A program made the translations under genes and the position numbers. Positions 17,675 through 26,535 of a DNA stretch of 64,000 nucleotides are shown piece after piece. The stretch comes from a virus: the IMG/VR virus record IMGVR_UViG_3300017989_000002. One strand, given 5' to 3'. The notes beneath the pieces are model-generated. The model did not search any database. It had not been told where the DNA came from and saw nothing but the letters and a program-made list of their open reading frames with translations. Position 1 is the stretch's first letter. Each line of letters opens with the position of its first letter.

Positions 17675-18859
17675 TCACCCCGTGGAGTCGACGAAGCGCG
17701 CGCGCGACGTCGAGATCTGCGCGAACGAGGGCTTGAAGTCCGAGCGCGAGCGGTGGGTGTAGATGGCCACGCCAGCCTCGGTCCGCACCGCGCTGAAGCC
17801 GCTCTTGCCCGCTCGCCGCTTCAGGTCCGCCAGGTCGCGCTTGTCCTGCGGGGTGAGGGGCAGGCGCTTCTTGCCCGCGAACTTGGACGGGTCTCGGGAG
17901 GCCGCCACCTTCTCGACGTCGGAGGCCAGGCGCGTGGGCGCGGGAATGCCGTACGCTGCCTCGTACCAGACCTCGTCGTCCGAGGCGACGGTGTCGTTGA
18001 CCGGAAGGCCTGACGCGTTGACCCGGTCGCGGGCCAAGGACCGGACCGCTTCCGGAGGCTCCGCGACGGCCGCTGCTTGGGCGCGCGCGTGGCTCGTCAG
18101 ACGCTCGAACACCTCGGCATCGCTCAACCTACGCACCGGAAGCGCGATCTTCTCCATGTCCAGCAAGAGCGACGCCGCCTTCTGCATCGGGGGCTGGATG
18201 TTCATGCGGCGACGCAGCGCGTCCTTGCTCTTCTTCAAGGCTCCCGCCGCGATCACGCTGCCGGGGGCGGGGACCACGACCATCCCGGCGACGAGCGGGT
18301 CCTCTGCGAAGGCCCTGCTCATCTTCGCTGCCCGGCCGGACAAGTCCTCGCGCCGAGCCTTCGACAGACCCGGCAGGTGCTTCCCCTTCGTGTAGGGCAC
18401 CTCCCAGTCCAGGGCTCGCTTCACGCGGCTCTCCACGGCGTCCCCTGCGGCGTGGTGAGCCCTCACCAGGGCGTCACCCGTCTTCCGTGCCCCGAAGCGC
18501 CGTAGACCCGCCCCCAGGATGTCCAGGGCTGCGGTCTTCTCGCCCTCGGGCCACAGGACCTTGCGCGCCCAGTAGTTGGGGCTGAACGGATCGTCCTTGG
18601 TGGACCGGCCGTCCTTGCCCTTGATGCCGGCGCTGCGGCGCAGGTAGTTGGCCTTGGCCTTGTCCGAGTAGTTGTGCCGGTAGCCCTTCTGCCCGAAGTG
18701 GACGAGCTTCACCCTGTCGCCGCGCTTGACCAGCACCATCCTCTTCTTCTGGGCTCGGTCGCTGGCGATGGGCTGGTTGTAGCCAGGGAAGGTCTTGCCC
18801 CGGTAGGTCACCGAGGCGACCTTCTCCATGTCCGCGTCGAGGTCGGGGCTGAACGTCAT
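17675..18859 (-). CDS. Multi-module basic virion protein with KxA linkers; N-module resembles DUF5754-type viral domain
   Basis: KLVHFGQKGY...YLRR...DPFSPNYWARKVLW; C-module YTHRSRS...FVDSTG; five KxA sites. Confidence 0.65.
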   Translation of the reverse strand: MTFSPDLDADMEKVASVTYRGKTFPGYNQPIASDRAQKKRMVLVKRGDRVKLVHFGQKGYRHNYSDKAKANYLRRSAGIKGKDGRSTKDDPFSPNYWARKVLWPEGEKTAALDILGAGLRRFGARKTGDALVRAHHAAGDAVESRVKRALDWEVPYTKGKHLPGLSKARREDLSGRAAKMSRAFAEDPLVAGMVVVPAPGSVIAAGALKKSKDALRRRMNIQPPMQKAASLLLDMEKIALPVRRLSDAEVFERLTSHARAQAAAVAEPPEAVRSLARDRVNASGLPVNDTVASDDEVWYEAAYGIPAPTRLASDVEKVAASRDPSKFAGKKRLPLTPQDKRDLADLKRRAGKSGFSAVRTEAGVAIYTHRSRSDFKPSFAQISTSRARFVDSTG

Positions 18860-18925
18860 CGCATCTCCAAGCACGAAGGGCCGCAGCTTGCGCCACGGCC
18901 CCTTCAACCTACCGGACGAAGCGCG

Positions 18926-19651
18926 TCAGCGGTAGACGACGGTGGTCTTCTTGCCCTTGCTGCGTCCGGCCAGGTAGCCGCCGCCGGCGAGGGCAGCGCC
19001 GCCCGTACCCGCAGCCACGCCCGTGCCGATGAGCTCCTTCTTGAACTCACCGCCCAGGGCCTTGAGGCGCTCTCGGGCCTGCTCGCCCTTGGTCTTGCGC
19101 ACACCACGCAGAGGTCCGCGGCCCTGCTGGACCGGCCCCTGCATCGGGACGGGCGTCTTGGCGGCCTTGATGCCCGCCGCGTTGGCCTTGGTCACCCGGC
19201 GGGTGATGTTCCCCGCCACGTCGTCGATCTTGCCGGCCAGGAAGCTGCCGACGCCCGCCTGCTTGGCGAGGCCGGCTTCGGCGGCACGCCGCTCGAGCTC
19301 GGCCCGGATGCTGGACGCCACCTTGTCGAGGTCGTCGTCACCGCTGCCGTCGAACATGGCGCGCATCGCGGCACCCGCCTCGGCGTCGCCGGACAGGTAC
19401 CGTGCCTCCAGCTCGGAGAACTGCATCTGCGCCTGCGCACGGCCCGTGCGGTCGGCGTCGAGCAGGAACTCGTGAGCCTGGGCCACCTTCTCGAGGTCCA
19501 CCTGCTCCGGCACGTCGTCGCCGTACACGATGTGCACCGCGTAGTCGTCGAGACCGGGACGGCTCACCTGACCCTGGGCAGAGGAGGCGACCTTCTCGAA
19601 GGCGCCGCCCGTGTTGTAGATCAGGGCGAGGTCGAAGTTCGGCGACTCCAT
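18926..19651 (-). CDS. KxA-motif head protein (acidic N-half, basic Gly-zipper C-half)
   Basis: FEKVAS, LEKVAQ, LDKVAS, AKQAG. Confidence 0.7.
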   Translation of the reverse strand: MESPNFDLALIYNTGGAFEKVASSAQGQVSRPGLDDYAVHIVYGDDVPEQVDLEKVAQAHEFLLDADRTGRAQAQMQFSELEARYLSGDAEAGAAMRAMFDGSGDDDLDKVASSIRAELERRAAEAGLAKQAGVGSFLAGKIDDVAGNITRRVTKANAAGIKAAKTPVPMQGPVQQGRGPLRGVRKTKGEQARERLKALGGEFKKELIGTGVAAGTGGAALAGGGYLAGRSKGKKTTVVYR

Positions 19652-19701
19652 GGCAGGCTCCTCGGGACGTCAGGCATCAGGTGAGCGAAGGCGCAGAGCG
19701 A

Positions 19702-20556
19702 TCAGCCCTTGCGGTTCTTCTTCTTGCGACGGAGGCCGTAGGCGGTGGCCCCGGCGGCCGCGACGGGGGTGCCGTAGGCGGCACCGGTCTCGGCGACACC
19801 GCGGGCGAACTGCCGGGCGCCCTTGCGCTTGAGGCGGCGACCCTGGTGGGAGAACCGCTCGCCGATGCGGCGACCCGTGTTCTCCTTGCCGCGCGCCGCG
19901 AAGCGACGGCCCTTCTTGAAGGTGTCGACGCCGCCGCGCGCGCGCTTGGCGGTGAGCACGTCACGGGCGCCCTCGGCGAAGCGCTTCATGCCGCCCATCG
20001 CCGACGCGTCCTTCTCGAGCTCGTACTCGCCGGAGTCGAGCAGCTCCTGGAGCTCCGCGCCGTTGAGGTCGTCGAGGTCGATGAAGTCGGGCAGGTCGTC
20101 CTCGGCGGAGGCGAGCTTCTGCAGCTCGTCCACCTGGGCGCGAGCCATGATGCGGCCGGCCATGTCGGCGCGGTCGAAGTCGCCGTCGTCGATCATCGCC
20201 TCGACGAGAGCGGTCTCGGCGTGAGCCACCTTCTGCAGCTCGACCTCCTCGAGGTACTCGGCGAGCTCGGAGGCGGGGACGGTCGACAGGTCGACGCCCT
20301 CGAGGCCGGTGGCGACCTTCTCGGGACCCTCCTCGAGCTCGATCATGCCCTGGATGAGGTCCAGCGCCGAGATCTGGGAGAGGTCGACGTCCTCGATGCC
20401 CGGGACCGACGCGACCTTCTCGAAGTCGTCGTCACCGAGCGCCTGGACGTAGTCGGCGGCGGAGATGTTGGAGAGGTCGTCTGCGGTGAGCTCGGCGCCA
20501 GCGACCTTCTCATGGTCGGCGACGGACGAGCCGTAGATCTGGTCGAGGACGGACAT
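19702..20556 (-). CDS. KxA-repeat head/scaffold-like protein with basic C-terminus
   Basis: Repeats EKVA...DLSxISAxD/E; abrupt acidic-to-basic switch after LEKDASA. Confidence 0.7.
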   Translation of the reverse strand: MSVLDQIYGSSVADHEKVAGAELTADDLSNISAADYVQALGDDDFEKVASVPGIEDVDLSQISALDLIQGMIELEEGPEKVATGLEGVDLSTVPASELAEYLEEVELQKVAHAETALVEAMIDDGDFDRADMAGRIMARAQVDELQKLASAEDDLPDFIDLDDLNGAELQELLDSGEYELEKDASAMGGMKRFAEGARDVLTAKRARGGVDTFKKGRRFAARGKENTGRRIGERFSHQGRRLKRKGARQFARGVAETGAAYGTPVAAAGATAYGLRRKKKNRKG

Positions 20557-20592
20557 TGAGGACTCCGGGGTGGGATCGCAGGGATCGGTGAC

Positions 20593-20621
20593 AGCCTATG
20601 AAGTGGAGACTGAGGGGTCAA
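20593..20621 (-). promoter_or_regulatory. Sigma70-like promoter TTGACC-N17-TAGGCT
   Basis: Exact 17-nt spacer; upstream of ATG 20556. Confidence 0.6.
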
Positions 20622-21085
20622 GCCCATCCATACCAGTTGTGGAGCATGGAGTACTCAGAAGGGACTCCGCCCCCACCGGATGCTGAGCTGATGTTGAGCC
20701 TGATGCTGAGGTTCTTCATCAGCCCGGCGAGCTGCGCGCGGATGAGCTGAATCCACTTGGGGTACTCATCGGCCTGGCGCTCGGTGTCGGCGACGAAGCC
20801 GCCCGAGTTGAAGTCGAACCGGTTGCGCGAGTGCAGAATTCCGGCCGACATCAGGATGTAGATGACGGTCAGCTGGATGAGGATGGTCTTGTTCGGGAAG
20901 GCACCCACGGAGCCGAACTGGACGGGCGAGTAGGCGTTCCACTCGTCCAGGGCCATGTGGGCACAGAACTGGACCATGCGAGGAGAGCTCTCCTCGCCGG
21001 CCAGCAGTCGGTTGAGCTCGGGGAAGTCGCGCAACCAGGCGCGGACCTCCTCCGAGAACTTCACCGTGTCGTTCGGGACAGGCAC
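20618..21085 (-). CDS. Putative head-tail adaptor/connector protein
   Basis: Helical 155 aa (VRAWLRDFPELNRLL...ALDEWN) downstream of capsid gene. Confidence 0.55.
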   Translation of the reverse strand: MPVPNDTVKFSEEVRAWLRDFPELNRLLAGEESSPRMVQFCAHMALDEWNAYSPVQFGSVGAFPNKTILIQLTVIYILMSAGILHSRNRFDFNSGGFVADTERQADEYPKWIQLIRAQLAGLMKNLSIRLNISSASGGGGVPSEYSMLHNWYGWA

Positions 21086-21092
21086 CGATCCC

Positions 21093-21269
21093 TCACTTCA
21101 GGGCGCGGATCTGGACGTGTCCCGGCTTCGAGGAGGGCAGGATGCTCAGCACACCCCGCTCTGCCTTGAGACGCACCGCAGTGGTCACCTTGCTCTCGAG
21201 GACGTCCACGGCCTTGCCGCCGATGGTCAGCAGGTGGCCGAGGACCGCACGAGTGGACGGCTTGTTCAC
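21093..21269 (-). CDS. Small hypothetical protein (58 aa, [10 protein letters not shown]...)
   Basis: Not in ORF track; AGGAGG RBS, GTGA overlap, fills the gap. Confidence 0.55.
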   Translation of the reverse strand: MNKPSTRAVLGHLLTIGGKAVDVLESKVTTAVRLKAERGVLSILPSSKPGHVQIRALK

Positions 21270-21871
21270 GCTGCCTCCTGCAGGGCCAGGATGCCGGCGA
21301 TGAGGTCGGCCTTGGCCCGGCCCTCGACGCCGAGGTCGTTGGCCAGGTCGCGGATGCTGCCCTCACCGGACCACGGCAACGCGGCGAGCGTCTCCTCGGT
21401 CCAGACGGTGGGCTCGGCCTCGGGCTCGGGAGCCTCGGGCTCGGGAGCCTCGGGCTCGGTCACAGGGTCAGCCTCGGAGGCAGGCTCCGGAGTCGGCTCG
21501 GGAGTCGGCTCGGGCTCGGGAGCAGGCTCGGGCTCGGGAGTCGGCTCGGGAGCAGGCTCGGGCTCGGGAGGCACGACCTCGGACGCAGCCTGGTCGACCT
21601 GGAGAACCTCGGGCTCCGAGGCCGTGCCCGAGATGTACGCCTGCAGGCCCTCGAGGCCGTCGGCCTCCCAGGCAGCTGCGGCGCCAGAGTCCGAGAAGGA
21701 GTCGACCACCAGCTGGCCGGACGCGAGGCGAACCTGCACACCGCGACCGCAGAACTCGGCGAGGGACACGCGGCACGTGTCCTTCCCGCCGGAGTAGCGC
21801 CCAGCGAGCGTGCGGTTCCCGTAGGTGACCGCACGCCGGTGTGCCGGGTTCCTGATGATGGCGAAGCCCAT
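21266..21871 (-). CDS. Protein with Pro-Glu linker and C-terminal Rho-N/HeH-like helical domain
   Basis: [12 protein letters not shown] repeats; [23 protein letters not shown]. Confidence 0.7.
   Translation of the reverse strand: MGFAIIRNPAHRRAVTYGNRTLAGRYSGGKDTCRVSLAEFCGRGVQVRLASGQLVVDSFSDSGAAAAWEADGLEGLQAYISGTASEPEVLQVDQAASEVVPPEPEPAPEPTPEPEPAPEPEPTPEPTPEPASEADPVTEPEAPEPEAPEPEAEPTVWTEETLAALPWSGEGSIRDLANDLGVEGRAKADLIAGILALQEAA
21411..21570 (-). repeat. Low-complexity coding repeat ([13 protein letters not shown])
   Basis: Tandem GGCTCG/GGGAG units. Confidence 0.8.
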
Positions 21872-21886
21872 GAGGGCCCTCCTCGA

Positions 21887-22927
21887 TCAGAAGTGGTGGA
21901 ACGTGGGGAAGAAGTTGCCCGCGGCGACCTGGTTGAAGACGCCGCCGCCCACCTCGCGCTCGCTGATGAGCGAGTCGGAGCTGTCGTCGCCGCCGCCCTG
22001 GCCGTTGTAGAGCTCGCACTTCGCCACGGAGGCGATGTTGCTGATGGACATGCCGACGATCTCGTACGCCTGGAACGAGATCATGTTCACGTCCTTGTCC
22101 AGGAAGAACCGCGTCCCGTTCAGGATGAGGAACTTGCCCAGCATCCCCTTCTCGGTGAAGGCGTAGATGTTGCCGGGCTGCAGGATCTCCTGCTTGATGG
22201 TCCGGACCAGCTTGTAGCCGAGGAGCTTGTCGTAGGTGAAGCCGTCCTTGGTGATCTGGCCAGCCTCGTCGCCCCAGGTCTCGATGGTCCAGTGCATGAC
22301 GTCGTTGGCGTCGGTCTCGGCCATCAGGAAGCAGTCGCACATCCGGCGGCTGCCGTTCAGCACCTTGGCGAGCTCGATGAGGTCGCTCCGCTGGACCTGG
22401 CCACGGAGGCCGTTGCCGGCGCCGTTGATGGCCTCGTCCTCGAGGGCCTGCTGGCCGCGGATGATGTTGCCCGTGGTCTGGACGGCCTGCTCGCTGTACG
22501 TGAGCCCGCGGTGGTCCTCGATCTCCTGGATGTCGCGAACGATGTTGTTCTCGATGACCTTGGTGATCGGGTACGGGTAGGCGAGGAGCTCCTCCTCCGC
22601 CTTCTCGACACGCTCGGACGAGATGCGGTGGAACGGGATCTCGTACTTGTCGCCCTCGATGTACTGCGCCTCGGGCTGGTCCCGGAACGTCAGCGTCATC
22701 GCACGCGAGTTCGGCTCGATGTGGTCGAGGTAGACCAGGGTGTCGTGGTTCGGCGAGGGCTGCAGATCGGACGCGTCGACGGAGTCGGGCGTGATGATCT
22801 TGCGGAACACCGAGTTCTCGCGCAGCTTGTCGCGGGTGAAGGCCTGCGACACCGCTGCGGTCTTCTCGATGCCCTCTCGTCCCGCATTGATGTGCGCGAC
22901 GAACTGCTTGGTGAGCGGGTGCGGCAT
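21887..22927 (-). CDS. Major capsid protein (HK97 fold)
   Basis: 346 aa; LRENSVFRKII...DIQEIED...FQAYEIVGMSISNIASVA; follows scaffold, protease and decoration genes; N-terminal IEKTA. Confidence 0.8.
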   Translation of the reverse strand: MPHPLTKQFVAHINAGREGIEKTAAVSQAFTRDKLRENSVFRKIITPDSVDASDLQPSPNHDTLVYLDHIEPNSRAMTLTFRDQPEAQYIEGDKYEIPFHRISSERVEKAEEELLAYPYPITKVIENNIVRDIQEIEDHRGLTYSEQAVQTTGNIIRGQQALEDEAINGAGNGLRGQVQRSDLIELAKVLNGSRRMCDCFLMAETDANDVMHWTIETWGDEAGQITKDGFTYDKLLGYKLVRTIKQEILQPGNIYAFTEKGMLGKFLILNGTRFFLDKDVNMISFQAYEIVGMSISNIASVAKCELYNGQGGGDDSSDSLISEREVGGGVFNQVAAGNFFPTFHHF

Positions 22928-22983
22928 GGTTGTCTCCTCGAGGGACGATCAGACGTCAGGAAGATGGGGGAACTGGTGGTGGA

Positions 22984-23469
22984 TCAGGGCGCGGCGAACG
23001 GAGAGGTCACCTTGACACGCAGCCAGCCGGAGTTGTCGGCGGGGAGCGGGCCCTGGACCAGGGCGCGGGTCGGCTCGCCGGTGGCGGCGAGCGTGAGCGC
23101 GGAGCGGTCGGCGACGCCGCCCACCGTGCAGGCGTGCACCGTGAGGTGCTGGCCGAGCGCGGGGGTGAGGGAGTCGTCGAACATGTCGGTCTCGACGATG
23201 AACTCGTGGACCGTGAAGCAGGCGACCTTGTTGAGGGCCGCGGTCGGGGCCTCGCCCCGCTTGCTCCAGACCATCTCGGCGGCGGCAGCGCCGCCGGCGG
23301 CGGGATCGGTCCCGGAGATGCGGTCCCAGCCGGTGGCGGTCTCGGTCAGCCACTCACCCTGCTCGAGGGCGTTGGCCGCGTACGGGTTGAGCGCCGGCTG
23401 GAGAGCCGTCGCGACGTCCCGCGAGAGACGCTGGATCTTGCTGACGGGAGTGACGGGGCGGACGGCCAT
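22984..23469 (-). CDS. Putative capsid decoration/cement protein
   Basis: 161 aa beta-rich, directly upstream of capsid gene; GGAGG RBS. Confidence 0.55.
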   Translation of the reverse strand: MAVRPVTPVSKIQRLSRDVATALQPALNPYAANALEQGEWLTETATGWDRISGTDPAAGGAAAAEMVWSKRGEAPTAALNKVACFTVHEFIVETDMFDDSLTPALGQHLTVHACTVGGVADRSALTLAATGEPTRALVQGPLPADNSGWLRVKVTSPFAAP

Positions 23470-23559
23470 GAGTTCCTCCGGGGGAGTTCCGGTTGCCGAT
23501 GGGCTATACCGATGAGATCGAAGCGTGAAGTGGGAAGTGGGAAGTTCTGCGGAACGGGC

Positions 23560-23937
23560 TCAGTAGGAGCCCGGATCCTGCGACGTGAGGAAGGAGGTGA
23601 GGACGTCGTCGCCATCGGCGGACGCCAGCTTCTCGTGCCCCTCGCCGAGCTCCCCGAGGGGTACGCCGGAGGTGGTGCGCTCCACGAAGTCGCCGAGGAC
23701 CTGGAGCGGGGTGTCGTCGTCGGACCAGCGCTCGACGAAGGAGTCGACGTCGGCGTCGTCCATGACGCCGCGGGTCACGCCTTCGGAGGCGATCTTCTCG
23801 AGCTCTTCACGCCGCTCGAAGCGCGCGTTCTTGGCTCGGAGCTCGCGGTTCTCGGCCGCGAGGCCCCGACACACGCCGGCGGTCTTGGTGAGGACCTGCT
23901 TGAGGTCGTCGACGGATGCGATCTTCTCGAGCGACAT
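23560..23937 (-). CDS. Putative scaffold-like coiled-coil protein with KxA motifs
   Basis: LEKIAS twice, TKTAG, HEKLAS; coiled-coil segment. Confidence 0.65.
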   Translation of the reverse strand: MSLEKIASVDDLKQVLTKTAGVCRGLAAENRELRAKNARFERREELEKIASEGVTRGVMDDADVDSFVERWSDDDTPLQVLGDFVERTTSGVPLGELGEGHEKLASADGDDVLTSFLTSQDPGSY

Positions 23938-23939
23938 GA

Positions 23940-24464
23940 TCAGGCTCCCTGCCGGCGGGCCTTCGCGGCCTTGGCGGCCTTGAGGCGTGCGTTGATGTCC
24001 TTGTGGTCCACCTTGCCACCGAGCACCTGCGGCGTGAAGCCGTCATCGTACGGGGTGTGGTCCAGGGCGGCGCCGAGGGCCGGCGCGTTCTGACGCGACA
24101 CGTCGCTGGGTCCAGCGGCGGCGGCGGCCTCCGCACTCGCGAGGGCGGGGTGGCTGGTGCCACGCTGCATGCGCAGCGTGTTGATGCCGGTGCCGTGACG
24201 AGGGACCTTCCGGCCCGCGTCGTTGTCGCCGGCCATCGAGCCGACCTCGCCGGCGGGGAGCTGGTAGGCCGAGGCGACCTTCTCGAGGCCCCCGTCGACC
24301 AGGTACTCGAGCACGCTGGCGACCTTCTCGGCCTCGTCGGCGAGCGTCTCGCCCTGGAACGCCTGCTCACGGACAGGGACGGTTCCGGTGTCGGCGGCCA
24401 CGGAGGGCGTGCCGTCTTCGATGCCGAGCTCGCTGTCGATCAGCTGAGAGAGCGTCTTGTTCAT
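23940..24464 (-). CDS. KxA-motif head protein (MNKTLSQL...)
   Basis: AEKVAS, LEKVAS. Confidence 0.65.
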   Translation of the reverse strand: MNKTLSQLIDSELGIEDGTPSVAADTGTVPVREQAFQGETLADEAEKVASVLEYLVDGGLEKVASAYQLPAGEVGSMAGDNDAGRKVPRHGTGINTLRMQRGTSHPALASAEAAAAAGPSDVSRQNAPALGAALDHTPYDDGFTPQVLGGKVDHKDINARLKAAKAAKARRQGA

Positions 24465-24494
24465 GAGGGCCTCGGAGAGAAGGGAGCCTGGTGC

Positions 24495-24523
24495 AGCATG
24501 GCAACTTGAGATCGACGCGTCAA
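24495..24523 (-). promoter_or_regulatory. Sigma70-like promoter TTGACG-N17-CATGCT
   Basis: 17-nt spacer, intergenic, upstream of ATG 24464. Confidence 0.45.
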
Positions 24524-24538
24524 GCCGATCGGCGTGCA

Positions 24539-24940
24539 TCACGCGGAGGGGTTGCAGCTCGGGCAGAGGGAGGGATGGCCGCCGGCAGAGCGGTCGATGG
24601 GGGTCTCCTTGCAGGAGCGGCAGTTGCCGTTCACCATCGCGATCTTGATGGCTTCCTCCTCGTGGAGGAAGGAGTGGCACGCGACCTCGCCGAAGAGGCG
24701 ACTGGACGCGACCTTGTCGAGCTCTGCCTGCGGGTTGGCCTGGGCCTCGGCAGCAGCGGCCTGGGCCTCGAGGTCGGCGATGGTCTGGTCGAGCGTCTCG
24801 TCGTCGAGCGCGTCGAAGTCCTCGATGCTGGGAGCACCGAGGCCCTCCACGAAGTTCGCCTCGGCGGTCTTCTCGATGCCGGCACCCGGCTGGGCGGCGG
24901 CAGAGGGGGTTCCGAACATCTGGTCGACGAGGGACTGCAT
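24539..24940 (-). CDS. Acidic KxA-motif protein with C-terminal Zn ribbon (MQSLVDQM...)
   Basis: IEKTAE, LDKVAS; CRSC...CPSC. Confidence 0.65.
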   Translation of the reverse strand: MQSLVDQMFGTPSAAAQPGAGIEKTAEANFVEGLGAPSIEDFDALDDETLDQTIADLEAQAAAAEAQANPQAELDKVASSRLFGEVACHSFLHEEEAIKIAMVNGNCRSCKETPIDRSAGGHPSLCPSCNPSA

Positions 24941-24948
24941 GTGAGGCC

Positions 24949-26535
24949 TCACGGGAAGAGGAAGGGTCGAACGGTGTCTGCGAAGGCGTGGCCCCTGGGG
25001 GCGTCTTCGGGCTCCGACCGGTACGCGTTGTGGACGTACACCGGTAGAGAGCATCCTGACAACCCGAAGTCGCTCCGGGAGGCCGTCTTGGTCATGTGCC
25101 AGTCGAGGAGGGCACCGCCGGTGAGGCGGCGGAAGAGGGCGGGATGCGCCCGGTTCGCCTGCTCCACGATGGCCGCGGTCTTGACGAGACCTGCCCTGTA
25201 CGACGCGTAGTCGTCCGCCATGCCACGGAGCACCGGCTCGGCATGCGTGTAGGTGGGCGAAGGCTGCTCTGCCCCCGCGGTCTTCGACATCACTGCGATG
25301 ACGCGGGATGGGAAGAAGGGGCTCATGCCGGAGCGCTGGTCGAGGTGAGGCGCGGCGCGCATGGCCAGATCTGGGTGGAAGTCCCGCACGCTCATCGGCA
25401 TGGGGGAGCAGGGCGACGCCGTCGGAGCGAAGCACAAGTTCCGGGAAGCCAGCAGACGGGCCATGCCCCCGCAGCCCTGTCGGCGGTGCAGGACGCTGTA
25501 CTGGAACTCGGACGGCTTCAGCACGATGCCCAAGCCGGCGAGGGTCGTGAGGAGCTGGGACAGGGACCCCTGCTCGAGGAGCTGCTTGGGCAGGTCCGGC
25601 TCTCGCCGGGAGACCTCGACCGCAGCGTTCGACTCGGGCTTGGCCGGCATGCGCTTCGTCATGTCGCCGGACTCTGCATCCGCGGCTTGCCCGCCCTGGG
25701 CGGGCTCCGACCCAGCGACCTGGGCGACCTTCTCGAGCACCCCGCTCTCGCTCGCGGCCGGCACGATGACGTCCGACAGGTCGAAGAAGCGGGGGAACAG
25801 GTTGAGGGCCGCGACGACGCGGCCGTCAGGCAGGATGTGCCCGAGCTGGTACTTCAGGTGCTCGCAGTAGTTGTCGCGGGTGCGGCTGGCGTGGCCGCAG
25901 ATGGTGCACACGTCGAACGGGACCCGGCAGCCCATCGAAATCTGCCGAGGACGTCGCGCGTCGATGTCCGCGATGATGTCGTGGGCACCCAGCTCCCGGG
26001 CCTTGTCGCGCCAGTGCCGGACGACGACCTCGACCTTCTTGGTGAAGGGGTTCCACACCGCCAGGGGGATGTCCCCGTACGCGATCTCCGGGTTCTTGTT
26101 GATGTGGTGCCGGTAGCGGAGGGCATCCTCGAAGGTCCGGAACCCGAACTCCCGCAGGGGGAAGGGTGGCAGGTCCTTGCCGAAGGGCTTCAAGAACTTG
26201 TCCACGATCTGCCGGATGCGCTCGTCTCGTCCGGAGGCATCCTTCTTGTGGTCGTAGCTGAGGCTGATCTCGGGGAAGTAGTCCCCGTTGATGTTCCGCC
26301 CCCAGTACTCGGACGCCCCCATCGGCTGCATCAGCACGTACTGGTAGCGGGGGTCCGGGCGCAGGTCCCGGAGGAACGCCTCGACAGCGGGATGCCTCTT
26401 GCCTGCCCCGGCGGTCTTCTCGAGCTCGCCGCCCCGGCGCGAGACGAGGACGGCCTGCGCGAAGATGTGGCCCGGGGAGTCCACCGTCGCGCAGGAGATG
26501 ACCTTACCCTCGATGTCGAAGCGGTCCGAGTTCAT
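24949..26535 (-). CDS. Putative prohead (capsid maturation) protease
   Basis: YRHH...ISMGCRVPFDVCTICGH...YCEHL...FFDLSDVIVPA resembles HK97/herpes-fold prohead protease with Zn insert; upstream of capsid genes. Confidence 0.65.
   Translation of the reverse strand: MNSDRFDIEGKVISCATVDSPGHIFAQAVLVSRRGGELEKTAGAGKRHPAVEAFLRDLRPDPRYQYVLMQPMGASEYWGRNINGDYFPEISLSYDHKKDASGRDERIRQIVDKFLKPFGKDLPPFPLREFGFRTFEDALRYRHHINKNPEIAYGDIPLAVWNPFTKKVEVVVRHWRDKARELGAHDIIADIDARRPRQISMGCRVPFDVCTICGHASRTRDNYCEHLKYQLGHILPDGRVVAALNLFPRFFDLSDVIVPAASESGVLEKVAQVAGSEPAQGGQAADAESGDMTKRMPAKPESNAAVEVSRREPDLPKQLLEQGSLSQLLTTLAGLGIVLKPSEFQYSVLHRRQGCGGMARLLASRNLCFAPTASPCSPMPMSVRDFHPDLAMRAAPHLDQRSGMSPFFPSRVIAVMSKTAGAEQPSPTYTHAEPVLRGMADDYASYRAGLVKTAAIVEQANRAHPALFRRLTGGALLDWHMTKTASRSDFGLSGCSLPVYVHNAYRSEPEDAPRGHAFADTVRPFLFP

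Noticed and set aside
21411-21570. PE tandem repeat as a regulatory or phase-variable element
   Set aside because: In-frame low-complexity Pro/Glu linker
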